The notes beneath the pieces are model-generated. The model saw only the letters and a program-made list of their open reading frames with translations, was not told the DNA's origin and ran no database searches. A stretch of DNA of 64,000 bases from contig OZ176056.1 of assembly GCA_964247055.1 (NCBI GenBank), forward strand, positions 2,356,001-2,420,000, written 5' to 3'. Positions within the stretch are counted from its first letter, which is position 1. Every line of letters begins with the position of its first letter. The translations under genes were made by a program, and so were the position numbers. The DNA comes from Paragordius varius (Eukaryota; Animalia; Nematomorpha). Below are positions 12,709 to 24,400 of this stretch, piece after piece.

Positions 12709-15700
12709 ATGGCTCATAAATCTGGTAAGAAAATAAAATTCCGATATAATGTGAATCGTAGAAAATTAAAGACAAAATCAGAAAATTAAAAAAATTTGCA
12801 TGTTAAAATAGATTTTGAAGCGCAATCCTTATGTTTTTTTGCCAGATGTAATTTATCGATTTATTGTCATTTGCTTGTTAACAACATGTGCCTATGAATA
12901 CCAAGGAAGCCAAAAATTTGATAGATGAAAAGCAACAGCGCTCATCTGTATTTGGATTGGACAAATTGGCTCAAATTTCTGCAATATGGATAACTTCGAC
13001 TGGAGAGAGCTTATCAAATGGAATTCCGCAACTGGATTTATCTTGAAATATTTTGATACATCAAAACACCCAGCCTGTACCGCCAATATCACGAGAGACC
13101 GAAATTGTGGACCGAAATTGTGGACGTAAAACATCATATACTCAACTTCGAAAAAACACGACCCTATATTGAACTGGTGATTAATGAAACAATTAAGCTA
13201 CCTTTATGGTGTGCGATATTCATTATATTACCGAACCTAGGGTTGGTGCGTCAACATCTTTATTATCCGGAAGTTAAACATAGTGGACTTCCGTGTAACG
13301 GGTGAATAAGGGCACATGTTGTCTAAAGGAAATAAATTTGTTGAAACAATGTGGCACAGTTGAACTAGACAGTGGGTATATGCTTGTTCCTGGGTGGAGT
13401 CCTAAAATCTAGATAAGTCCTTTTACTTATATTTTTGCGACCTTTTTTCTTATATTTTTGCGACCTTTATTCGATATCTTTAAAGTTTTAATATTAAAAC
13501 AAATATTTATTTTGCTCGTATAATTTAATATCTCCTCGTAATCACCTTATTAGATTTCAAAAGTAATTTTTTAGAGCATCTTAATTATTCAAATATTACA
13601 TTTTTAGCATTTAGATAGGTCCTTTTTTACTACCTTTATTTTACTGGAAAAGAAATTAATCAATAGTTCCCCATATTTATTTAAATGATATAAAAAGCAC
13701 CCTGATCTTAGATTATAGAATAATAATTAGATGTATTTTATATGATCCCTGGATTACCTACCATTATAAGCAGGTTCATAATCAAGTAAGAATTAGAAAA
13801 GGTCTAGAAACATCGCCGGTAAATACGCAGGGTAAAATTCTAATAGTTAATACATTTTATAATTAATACAATTCTAAATATATATACATTATATTTATAA
13901 CATATTTATTTATTTATAACATATCATATTTAATAATATAAAGTATGAACACTTAAATTTCAAACTATAATTAACACTCTTAACATCACCCTATATCAAA
14001 ATCCTTTCTCTAACATCACCCCACTTATTCGGAATAAAAAACAAATACAAACAAATATTTAACATTTATATTTCAAACAACTAATGTACTTTAAATTTAC
14101 AATTTAAATAATGCTATAATTAAGTTAAAATCCCCCTTTAAATAAATATCCCCCAAATTTAAGACTTAAATGAAAATACCGGAAACGTCCATCACATATA
14201 ATATACTAAAATTACATATACACTATTAAAAATTTTACATAAAGATACTATAATCCCTACTTCGTTGGCGTCCGTTGGCGCCTACTATTTAACAAATCCT
14301 TAATAAAAAATATATATATTAAAGTAAAAAACAACAAATAATAATAATTATCAAATCATTAAAAAATTCCTAAAATAAAAACAACCTTTTCGACAAACTT
14401 ACTAATAATAATAATAATATATACCTACTCAAAACTCATAATTAAAAACCATTAAGACTTCCAAATAAGAAAAGAATCTTCATAATTAAAAAGATAAAGA
14501 GACACCAAATATTAACATAAAAGTCAAGAAACCCCGTTAACTAATTGGTAAAATTTTACTTATTTTTAGGTCTTCACATCCAAAGTGACTCTAACCATAA
14601 TAATTAAAACCTTTTCTGAATAAAAATACCCAAACAAGATTTCACATAAGGTTAAAATATAATTTTAATAGATTAAACGCTTTAATCACCTATAAAAACT
14701 AATTGATTTAAACCCACTCAACCAAAATATTAAACGATTAGAGGACAATCTTAATTTCACCAAATAAAAACACCAAATTAGAATAAAGTAATTTTAAATA
14801 TTATAAATAAGCGAAATTATCTCCAAACTCTATAACAGTCACCTAAACCTACAAAATTAAATTAAACTCCGATAATATAAATAAAATAAAACTCCAAGAA
14901 TAGGTATTCAATTACTAAAGATTTTATAGGTTTTACAGAATAGTGAATACTTAATGCCCAATTTAGTTTTATCACTCACTTCGTGGAATGTAGCTGGAAT
15001 AAGGAATAAAGATAAACAAAAACATCTTGCACTAATCTGCCAAAACCACAAAATGGGACTAATATGCATTCAAGAAACCCATTTAAATTTTAATGGGTCC
15101 ATCTTAATGGACAAAGGTTATAAACTTTACAACTCAAAAGCAGACGGCAAATCCGGCGGAGTTGGATTCCTTACCAAAAAACACATGACAAGAAAAATAA
15201 AAAAATTTATCCCACACGACCACCGCTTAGCCGAACTACATCTTCAATACAACGACAGTTACTTGATAATAATAAGCGCATATGCTCCTCATGATGCTCC
15301 AACCTACAAATCCTTCCTAGATAATCTAAAAAACATAATTGACAAATGTCCTAAGAACAGCACCCTTATAATTGGCGGCGATATGAACGCAAAAATAGGT
15401 TCACAACATTTCACATGGGCAGTAGGGAAATACACACCAAAAATCACCAACACAAATGGAAGACTACTAGCCCAGTTCTGTGAAACCGAAAAATTACTAT
15501 TAACTAATACTTTTTTCAATGGCCCCAAAGGGAGATATACCAGAATATCTACAAACAAAAAATCTTCGCAAATAGATTTTATATTAATGAAAGAAAATTG
15601 CTTTAGAAAAATTAAAACAGCACAAAGTGGTAATTATTATGGCACATTTAGTGACCACAAACCTATATCCTTAGAATACAAAATAGGTTGGAAAGGGATG

Positions 15701-18700
15701 CAAAGTAACAAAATAGTTGGACCCCTAAATCAATGGGAAACAATCATCCACAAATTAAAGATGACAAACATCTCTCCTAAAAATGTATCATTGGAAACAG
15801 TATCAGAGAAAACTAAGAAAATGATAATGGACACAAAAAATAAATGTTTTAGTCTTAGGAAAAAAATATGGATTAAACAAAAAATGAATAAATTGGTTAG
15901 AAGAGACAGGACAAAATATTTCCATGATTTATTTAAACACATGAATAGCTTGCACAATCTTCCAAGAGAATTATTCAATACATACAATCAATTTGTCAAA
16001 AAGCCTAAAATCTCATCATCCTTAGTAATTAACAATATCAAATGCTCAGACCCCAATATTATTGTCAATCATCTAACCGATTACTATATGGACCTATATA
16101 GAGGAACATACGAAAAAAACGAAACAACCGCATTTCCTTTTTCATTGAACCTAGACGTAAATTTATTTCTTAGCATATTAAAGAATCTTAAAAGTTATAA
16201 AGCACCAGGACCAGATAATTCAACGACAACCAGTTGGAAAATAGATCGAAATTGGTGCACAATCAACACCTTACCATTTATAAACCAATACCTCAATAAA
16301 GGGGAGTTCCACGAGGAATGGCTCAAATTTACCATAAAAACTTTACCGAAAAAAAGTAACGCATGTAAACCTGAAGATTATAGAGGTATAACTTTATCCA
16401 ATACTATCTATAAAATCCTGGCAACAACAGCCCTACGACAACTTGAGAAGCTAGAACATGAGCTTCACCCCGCAATCGGTGGATTCAGAAAAGGGTGCGG
16501 AACAACGGAACTATTTACGGCTTTAAATATATACATAGAAAAAAGCAATATGCTAAAAACAACAATCTGGATATGTTTCGTCGACATCAAGAAAGCGTTT
16601 GACCACGCAAACAGAGAATATATAATAAAAATAATAAACAATCTAAAACTCGATCAAAATTGGAAAAACTTTATAATTAACCTGTTAATAAATGGAAGAT
16701 TCCAAGTCGTCACTGAAGGTCATTATGGAAATATATTTTCAACTACTAGAGGAGTCAAACAAGGATGCCCAATATCCCCAAAAATATTTAATCTCATTAC
16801 AGATAAAATTTTAAAAGAAATGGAATGTGAGTTAAGCTCCTACAAAATAATGGCATATGCTGATGACATATGTATAGTTAGCGAATCAATCGAGTCCCTT
16901 AGATCTTGCATCGAATTATTAGCAACAAAATTTAAAGAAGCAGGTCTGATATTAAATATGGACAAAACCAAAGTTATGACAACATCCGAATTATCAATTA
17001 AAAAATTTCCTCTCACAATGGGAGAACTTGAAATAGTAGACAAATACAAATACTTAGGAGTCTGGTTCTCTAAAAAAGGATGTATAGATCTAAACGCAAT
17101 GAACAGATTGAACAATACCCAGGAAATATTCGGTGAAATGCGCCAACTCTGGAGTTCAAAAATTCTTAGCAAACAACTGAAATTACGACTTTTTAAGGCA
17201 TGTATAATAACAAAAATTACATATGGCTTCTCAGTATGGCCAATAAAAAGAAAAACCTTACACAGAACTCAAATATTCATCAACAAAGCCTTAAGGAAAA
17301 TAATGGGATATTCCTATCAAAACCACTCATTAATATCCAATGCAGCACTTTACGCCGAAACAAAATGCATTCCCTTAGAATACGCTATCCCGCTAGCAGG
17401 ATTAAATGTTATGGCACATCAAATTAAAAGATCTAACATAGGCCCACTGTGGGAAGCGCTATCATGGAAAGATAATAACACCGAAAATTACAAACAAGAC
17501 AAAACTACTTGGCTAGGACGCATCTTAACATTTCTTTCAAGATTCGATTTGAATGAAAACAAATTTATTCAGTTAGTTAAACAAAACAATTGGAAAAAAA
17601 CGGCCGAAGAATGCAAATTACAAATAATTGCTATGTGTTTGTTAGACCACGAGGAAAAGAAAGAACAAAAAAAGCTTAGAAAAATTAAAAAATCAAGAAC
17701 CGATAATGATAATATGTGGATAACGCTTACACTCGAGACATTAGGGTTCCTTTTTTCTCTTTACTCTTCTTTGCGAAATTTAAAAAAATATATATATTTA
17801 GTACAGTAGCATATGGTAAATAATTCAAATAAAAATAAAAAATAAAGTTTATAAATTAAAATAGGTTACAAATCTTAATCTTTTCTTACCATACGCTACT
17901 GTATATAACGAATTTGATTTCCAAAACAGTCTAAACTTATAATAATTTTTAAACTAAATTTTGGAACTTTAAAAACTGTACCTTAAATATATACGATAAT
18001 ATTAACTGAATCAAAATACTTTACGTACATCAAACATTTTATTGCAAATAATTGGATTGGATTTAGAAATAACCATTTTTTTTCTTTTCTCCTTTGAAGA
18101 TAACTAATTAAAACAGCCATAAAATATAAATAAAATATTTCAATATAATAAAGGTCATCCTAAAATATTTTTGGAATAAATATAAACCGATATAACTTTA
18201 AATATAACTTCCTTATTTATATTAGAATAAATCAAACTTTTGTAATCAATGCCCCGTGAAGGCTATGCTGTGAAGGGGATTGGGGAGTCTTGTGCAGACT
18301 GAAACTGTCAAGTTAGATTGATCTTGTTTCACCCCTGATACTGATACTGATACTGAGAAAATAAAATTCCGATATAATGTGAATCGTAAAAAACTATGGA
18401 AGAAATCTAAAAGGAAACCTAAAATACCGTAAGCGATTTTTATTTATACCAATAGTGATGAATTAAAATCTAGTTGGAAAGACAAAGCTAATGTAAATAC
18501 AAATTATAAATCATTTGGATTGGCCCTAGACCCAAACAAAATTATTGGTAAAGCTTTGAAAAAGAAACAAAAACAAAACTTACAGGCTGATTTTGAAGAT
18601 AATAATGATATGGAAATAGTTGAGCCAAAGACTCAAGTTGCTAAAGGTATTTGTACCGCAACTTATATTTAGAATTGGAAGATTTAGCCAAATCTAAAGA

Positions 18701-19097
18701 ACCTAAACATACAGGAATTGTAAATAATTTAAGTTCAGACCACATTATATTTTGTGAGATGATGATTGAAAAACACGGGACAAATTTTCAAGTAATAAAA
18801 ATTAAAATATAAAATGAGATAAATGAATTTTTTCACGAAAAACATTTTTGATTTTTGTTCATAATAGAGTGGTTAATTTTTACATAAAGGTCAATTAAAA
18901 TATATGTTTTTTATGACAAATATATCTTTTATTGATACATTTTACTGTAATTTATTTTTTTATTCAAATATAAGGCCATGTCACGAGATGTCGAAAATGT
19001 TTACCAACATACTCCCAAACAAATTCGTCGTATGATCCTAAAATACAAATCATATAAAACTCAGAAAAGCATTCATGAAATAGCCCAAACTATGTGA
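12709..19097 (+). CDS. NOP16: Nucleolar protein 16, with exon 1 interrupted by a 5.6-kb LINE
   Basis: ATG at 12709 (MAHKSGKKIKFRYNVNR); coding resumes after the insertion at 18389. Exons end at 18428, then 18456-18646, 18673-18791 and 18975-19097 (introns 27, 26 and 183 nt). Motifs FRYNVNRKKLW, GLALDPN and MIEKHGTNFQAMSRDVENVYQHTPKQIR match NOP16. Stop TGA 19095-19097 is followed by AATAAA. Confidence 0.92.
12761..18355 (+). mobile_element. Apparently full-length RTE-clade LINE (5595 bp) with a perfect 33-bp TSD and a (CTGATA)n tail
   Basis: AGAAAATAAAATTCCGATATAATGTGAATCGTA occurs at both 12728-12760 and 18356-18388. The 3' tail is CTGATACTGATACTGATACTG and the element has one intact ORF. 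Confidence 0.93.
14954..17809 (+). CDS. LINE ORF: APE-type endonuclease + reverse transcriptase, 951 aa, uninterrupted
   Basis: Endonuclease catalytic motifs WNVAG, IQETH, GGDMNAK, QIDFIL and SDHKP. RT motifs YRGITL, FVDIKKAFD, GVKQGCPISP, YADDI and YKYLG. RTE-type C-terminus LKLRLFKACI..YG..W..ISNAALY. No RNase H recognisable. Confidence 0.97.
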   Translation: MPNLVLSLTSWNVAGIRNKDKQKHLALICQNHKMGLICIQETHLNFNGSILMDKGYKLYNSKADGKSGGVGFLTKKHMTRKIKKFIPHDHRLAELHLQYNDSYLIIISAYAPHDAPTYKSFLDNLKNIIDKCPKNSTLIIGGDMNAKIGSQHFTWAVGKYTPKITNTNGRLLAQFCETEKLLLTNTFFNGPKGRYTRISTNKKSSQIDFILMKENCFRKIKTAQSGNYYGTFSDHKPISLEYKIGWKGMQSNKIVGPLNQWETIIHKLKMTNISPKNVSLETVSEKTKKMIMDTKNKCFSLRKKIWIKQKMNKLVRRDRTKYFHDLFKHMNSLHNLPRELFNTYNQFVKKPKISSSLVINNIKCSDPNIIVNHLTDYYMDLYRGTYEKNETTAFPFSLNLDVNLFLSILKNLKSYKAPGPDNSTTTSWKIDRNWCTINTLPFINQYLNKGEFHEEWLKFTIKTLPKKSNACKPEDYRGITLSNTIYKILATTALRQLEKLEHELHPAIGGFRKGCGTTELFTALNIYIEKSNMLKTTIWICFVDIKKAFDHANREYIIKIINNLKLDQNWKNFIINLLINGRFQVVTEGHYGNIFSTTRGVKQGCPISPKIFNLITDKILKEMECELSSYKIMAYADDICIVSESIESLRSCIELLATKFKEAGLILNMDKTKVMTTSELSIKKFPLTMGELEIVDKYKYLGVWFSKKGCIDLNAMNRLNNTQEIFGEMRQLWSSKILSKQLKLRLFKACIITKITYGFSVWPIKRKTLHRTQIFINKALRKIMGYSYQNHSLISNAALYAETKCIPLEYAIPLAGLNVMAHQIKRSNIGPLWEALSWKDNNTENYKQDKTTWLGRILTFLSRFDLNENKFIQLVKQNNWKKTAEECKLQIIAMCLLDHEEKKEQKKLRKIKKSRTDNDNMWITLTLETLGFLFSLYSSLRNLKKYIYLVQ

Positions 19098-20864
19098 ATA
19101 AATATGCTTTATTTCAATAAATTTGTAATAGATTTTAATTAAATACAATTCAGTTAACTTTGTCAGTTTAGTTTAAAAAGTAATATCGGATTAATTTGGT
19201 ATTGTTTTGGTTTAAAATAATTAAAATAATGGGTGAAATTAAAAATTTGAGATCATAATAATATTTTATTTTAAAACATTCACAAATAGATTTATATAAC
19301 CATGGGCAATAAATGATAAACAAGTGTTAATTTCTATAAAAAACGGTGTTCCACCATATTGCATTTTTTCCCGTTATTTTTTTGAAAAACATGGGACGAT
19401 TTGGAATGAACAGAGAATTTTTAATGTTAAAAAGTTTAAAATCTAAGGAAAAAGGGATTATTATATTAATCGTATTATTTAAGTTAATTGTTCTCAACAT
19501 TAATTATATTAATAATAAAATATTTAAAGTTTATTATAAAAAAGTTTTATTTAATGTAATATAAACACAATAAGCATTTCACAAAACTTTTTAAAGTTTT
19601 GATAATAAATAAAACCGTCAGGATAAAGCATCTAAATGTTTTATAGATTAAAATAATGAAATATAATTCTATATAAAAAATTTAAAACCCATAATAACAA
19701 ACCTCTATGATACAAGAATAACCCCAAGTTTATATATATAAATATTCATATAAACATTTATTAATTTACATGTATACACATTAGATAAATATAATGTTAA
19801 TTTAAATTGGATTATTAACAAACTAATTTTTACTGACAATATTGCATGATTTATGGATTAGATAAAATATATCTAATAAAATATTTTTACAAAAATGGGA
19901 ATAAGTCACCATAATAATACTTTAAAATAAATTTAAATAATATATGAAATTATTAGTAATACATACTGTATTGTTAATGGATTGCACTAAAATTAATTTA
20001 ATCAATTGTTCCCTGGGAGGTATTATTAAAATTTTCAAGTCAAATGTTTTAAATGTTTCCATATATTTATAGAATGATGTGGCAAATTTTGAAAGAAAAC
20101 CTTTTTTGAGTTAACTTATTTCCATTGTATATTGTGCTCTAAACACCAATAAAAATTGGATATATATAAGGACAAAATAGCAAAATTAAATGCAAATATC
20201 TTTCATAAACGAAAACAAACCATACCTTTTTAAACCTTGATTTTATTTATATAATTAACTTCCATATTAAATCTTTATTCCAAATTTTGAAACCTAAAAG
20301 GATGAGTTATATTAAAAAACAGTTTAAAAAAGTATGGGTTTCGTTATAAAAAATATTTGTCTTTTATTTTTCTGTATAATGTCTTTTTGTTAATTTTTCA
20401 ATCAAGTTGAAATTTAATAAAATAAACTATTTCATAAAAGACTTTTAATATTAACAGCGCATAAGTTCATCCTGATTGATTTCAAAAAAAGTCTTAATTT
20501 ATAGTTTTAACTTTTAAAGTTGGGTGTCCAAAACAAAATAAAATATAATAGAATCATTTTTAGATTGTAAAATAATATTTATAAAAAAATTTTCCACATT
20601 ATGTATTTTTCCCACAATTAGAATTAATATGCAGGAATGGTGTCATCCACTGTATATAAGATCAAAAACTTCTTAATAAAAATTCCAAAAATATTATGTT
20701 AAAAAAACAAAAAATATAGGCTGGAATAACCAAAATGATTGATTTTACTGTAAATTAAAAAAATATACCACGTTTAAAAGGTTAAAGGAGAGAACATTTA
20801 ATAAATTTCAATGCATATATGGGTAGCACAATGAAACTTTGATGTTTTGAAAATGTATCGAAAA

Positions 20865-21425
20865 TCATAAAAATTGTCCCGAGTTTTTGGGCTTAGAAAA
20901 TGTGTTTGCCGTACAAAAGAGTGGTGGATTATCCATACAACAATCCACGATATCAGGGTGTTGAATAGCTTCTAAAATACAAAATATTGTTTTTGTAACA
21001 CATAAAAAATGTGCGTTTTTATTTTTAATTTCTTTTTTAATATACATTAAAACTTAATTTTTTATATAAAAATTTAATAAATATATTTTTTTTAATATTT
21101 TTAACTAAAAATTATACTTTTCCAAATAGAATTTTCTCACTCATTTAAAAAATTATAAAAATATTTTTGTTAATTTTAACTTTAATTCATTTAAAAAATT
21201 ATTTTAATTACGATTGGAAAAATATATTTTATATTCAATAAATTATTTTACGTTTTATACAATGTGACCGCCATATATGTTTGGGGGAAGACAATTTATT
21301 AAATTTTTTTTCGGTGAAATCTCCGTTTCTAAAACCATTTTTTTCCAATGACATTATTCCTTGTTTTGATTTATCAATGAATTTTATTGGTTTATCCCGT
21401 GGATGGCTATATGATTAAAAAGTTA

Positions 21426-21468
<43 letters not shown>

Positions 21469-24400
21469 CAGTAAAAATTAATAAAAACTTAAAAATAATA
21501 TTACTCCTCTATGATTATCCTAAATGACATATATATGTTTTAGTAAAGGCATGTCCAACACACTATTTTTGATACTCTAGCTATAAAAAATGTTATCAAA
21601 ATAAAAAATTGGAAATTTTGCTAAGTATTTTTTATTTTGCTTGTGTAGACTTTTAAAGATTAATAATCAAGGAAAAAGTTTGATTTCAATCAAAGATTTA
21701 GGATTATTTAAGGGTTTCAAAATAAAAAAACTAAAAATTATCAAAGCAGCCACGAAGTTAGTTGTGTTGAACACCCCTGTTTAAGTGTATTGTCAAATTT
21801 TATACTAAGCGTTATTTATGTAAAGTTATAATTTAAATTTAAGGCCTTAAAAATATATGGTTGTCCTAAAAAATTATGGCTTTTCTTTTAGTTTTACATT
21901 TATTATTTCAATTTTGACTGCATGTATGAGGAAATAAATATATGAGTACCATATATGGTAGGGTATTAAATGGTTAAATAAAATGATAAGCAAATTTTTA
22001 TAAATTAGTACCCATATTCTCATAAATATACATATAAATATACCATTTACGGTTAAATTCACCTTCGAACAATTCAAATTCACCCTAAAATATAATATAT
22101 GTTTTTTAAGATTTATACCTAAATTTTTTTATAAAAAAATAAATATTTTGTAAAATAAAATAACACTGGAAAAAAATAAACTATGCCATAAAGATACATT
22201 TCATATTAATTAATGAGTTATATAAGTTCGAAAACACATAATTTATTTTAGGGTGAATTCGAATTGTTCGAGATTTGAATTGTTCAAGGGTGAATTTAAA
22301 CTGTAAATTGTATATATAATTAATCTAAAAAGATAAATTATCCCTGAAGACGATATATAGAAGATATATTTTCGCAGTGAAATTTAAAAGTACACAATTT
22401 AATAAAAATAATTTATAAATATATCTATAAATTTGATAGTAAAACCTTAATTCAGTGTTTTCATCCCAAGAACAATGTCCATTAAAATAATCCGGATATG
22501 GCAAAAGTGTATTAGGATTAGCATAATAAACAGAAGTTTTAGTATTCATACAAGCTTTTTTGTTTTCTGGCCTCTCTATATTCCTATTCTTATGAGGTAT
22601 TTCATGTACAAAATTGCCATATTTATCAAATTTTATGATTGGTGACAATAAACAGTGAGATGATCGTTTTGATAAACTGTTATTATAGGTGCCAGACATG
22701 ACATTTGTATTGCTGCATGGATTTTCTAAGGATAAAAAAATCAATTTTAAATAATATTTAATAAATATTTTTGCTAATTGGAATGATATTTTAAAGTAAA
22801 TAGATTAGCCGTAATTTGACAAATTTAAGAAATTTCCATTAACAATTAGTTTTTCCTAATAACAATTTTTCGAAAACTCAATAATAATAATAAAATATGA
22901 ATCAGTTTAAGCATTTTTTGAAAACGTAGATAATTATTCAAATTCATTATGGTTCATTTAAAATTCTTTTATAAATGTGCCGTTGTCAATTCACTTTTTC
23001 TATCAAAACCCTTACATTTAATATTAACCCGCTTAAATAACATCAATTTAAACATACAAGAAATTTTAAATGTTAATGTTTTTCTGAGCTGCCCTATTTT
23101 GTCATTCAGTACAAAAATTAAAAGTTTATCAAAAAAACTGTAAAATTTCGAAATCGCAAAGAGATGTATATATTTTCCACCCCGTATTTAAAGTATCTCA
23201 TCTATCTTCTAAAGTCTCACAAAAAGACATTCTGCTTTAATAATAACCATATGCTTTTGATTTTGTTAATCTTGTAGTATTTATAATGAAGATTTTTTAA
23301 AATGCTAAATCATAGCGAAAAATAAAGCATAACTAATATAATTTTTCATAAATTTTAACCTTAACCTACGCTATATATATATATATATATATATAAAATA
23401 AATTATTTAAAAAAATTTAATTTCAAAAATATCAAAATCCTTTAAATTTTAAATAAATATATTAAATTAAAAAAGAACAATCCTATATTACCATTAGATG
23501 GTCCCAAAGCAAAATTTGGAATTTCGTAAATGTTATTACTGTCAGTGTTTATGAGAGCATCCATATTATATGATAGCGGGAAAGTTCTATTGATATTACC
23601 ATTCGTATTTTGCACATTTTTAGACTTTTGATTTCTGCTTTTATATTTTTTCTTTTCAATAAGATTATTATCTAAACTAACATTATCAATAGTATATTTA
23701 GTTGCTAATTTATATTTCCCTCTATCAATTACTGTACATTGAGTATTGCTGGCTTCAAAGGTATTTTCAATCAGCTCAAAATTCCCATTGAAATTTTCTA
23801 AATTTGTTCCATTTTTGTTTTGGGTTAGATTATTTAAATCATCATAGACCTGATCATTTGGTAGCACATAATCTGTAATAGTGTAATATGGAGCACTTTC
23901 TGGTAAAATCTCCGTTTTATACGCAATATTTTTTGAGATTTCTGCATTTTCAATGGTTTCTAGTAGGCCAGAGTCGTTATTTGATAATTCGTTTTTTCTA
24001 GAAATTTCATTTTTTATCGCTGTAGTGGGTTTTTCAACAATTTCCGTTTTGATTTGCGATGGTGTTGAAGGGTGAATTTTAGCCGTTCGTTTTCTTTCTG
24101 CATTGGGTAGGGGGGTAGAATAATAATTGGTTGTGCCAATATTATCGTTGATGTGTTCTATAAGTTTGATAAAAATAAAATATATACAGGATCACTTTTA
24201 ACATGAAATATATTGATTATACTTTGTAACTTTTTATGTGAAATAACAATGTCCAATCCTTTTTATATAGTTGATGCGCATGTTACCAGCAAAATTTTTT
24301 CGCATGTAAGTATACGTTTTTTTTGAAATTTGCCATTTGTTTTATATTATGAATAAAATAATTAAATTCGGGTATTTGCAAAAAGGCGTTTTGGCACGCG

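Noticed and set aside
12761-12790. The element's first ~25 nt resemble the native NOP16 continuation (RRKLKTKS versus RKKLWKKS)
   Set aside because: About 17 of 25 matches, mostly A in A-rich sequence; not distinguishable from chance without other copies.
18250-18355. Possible captured snRNA, snoRNA or hammerhead ribozyme at the LINE 3' end
   Set aside because: No box C (RTGATGA), Sm site or CTGANGA/GAAA core in the correct arrangement.
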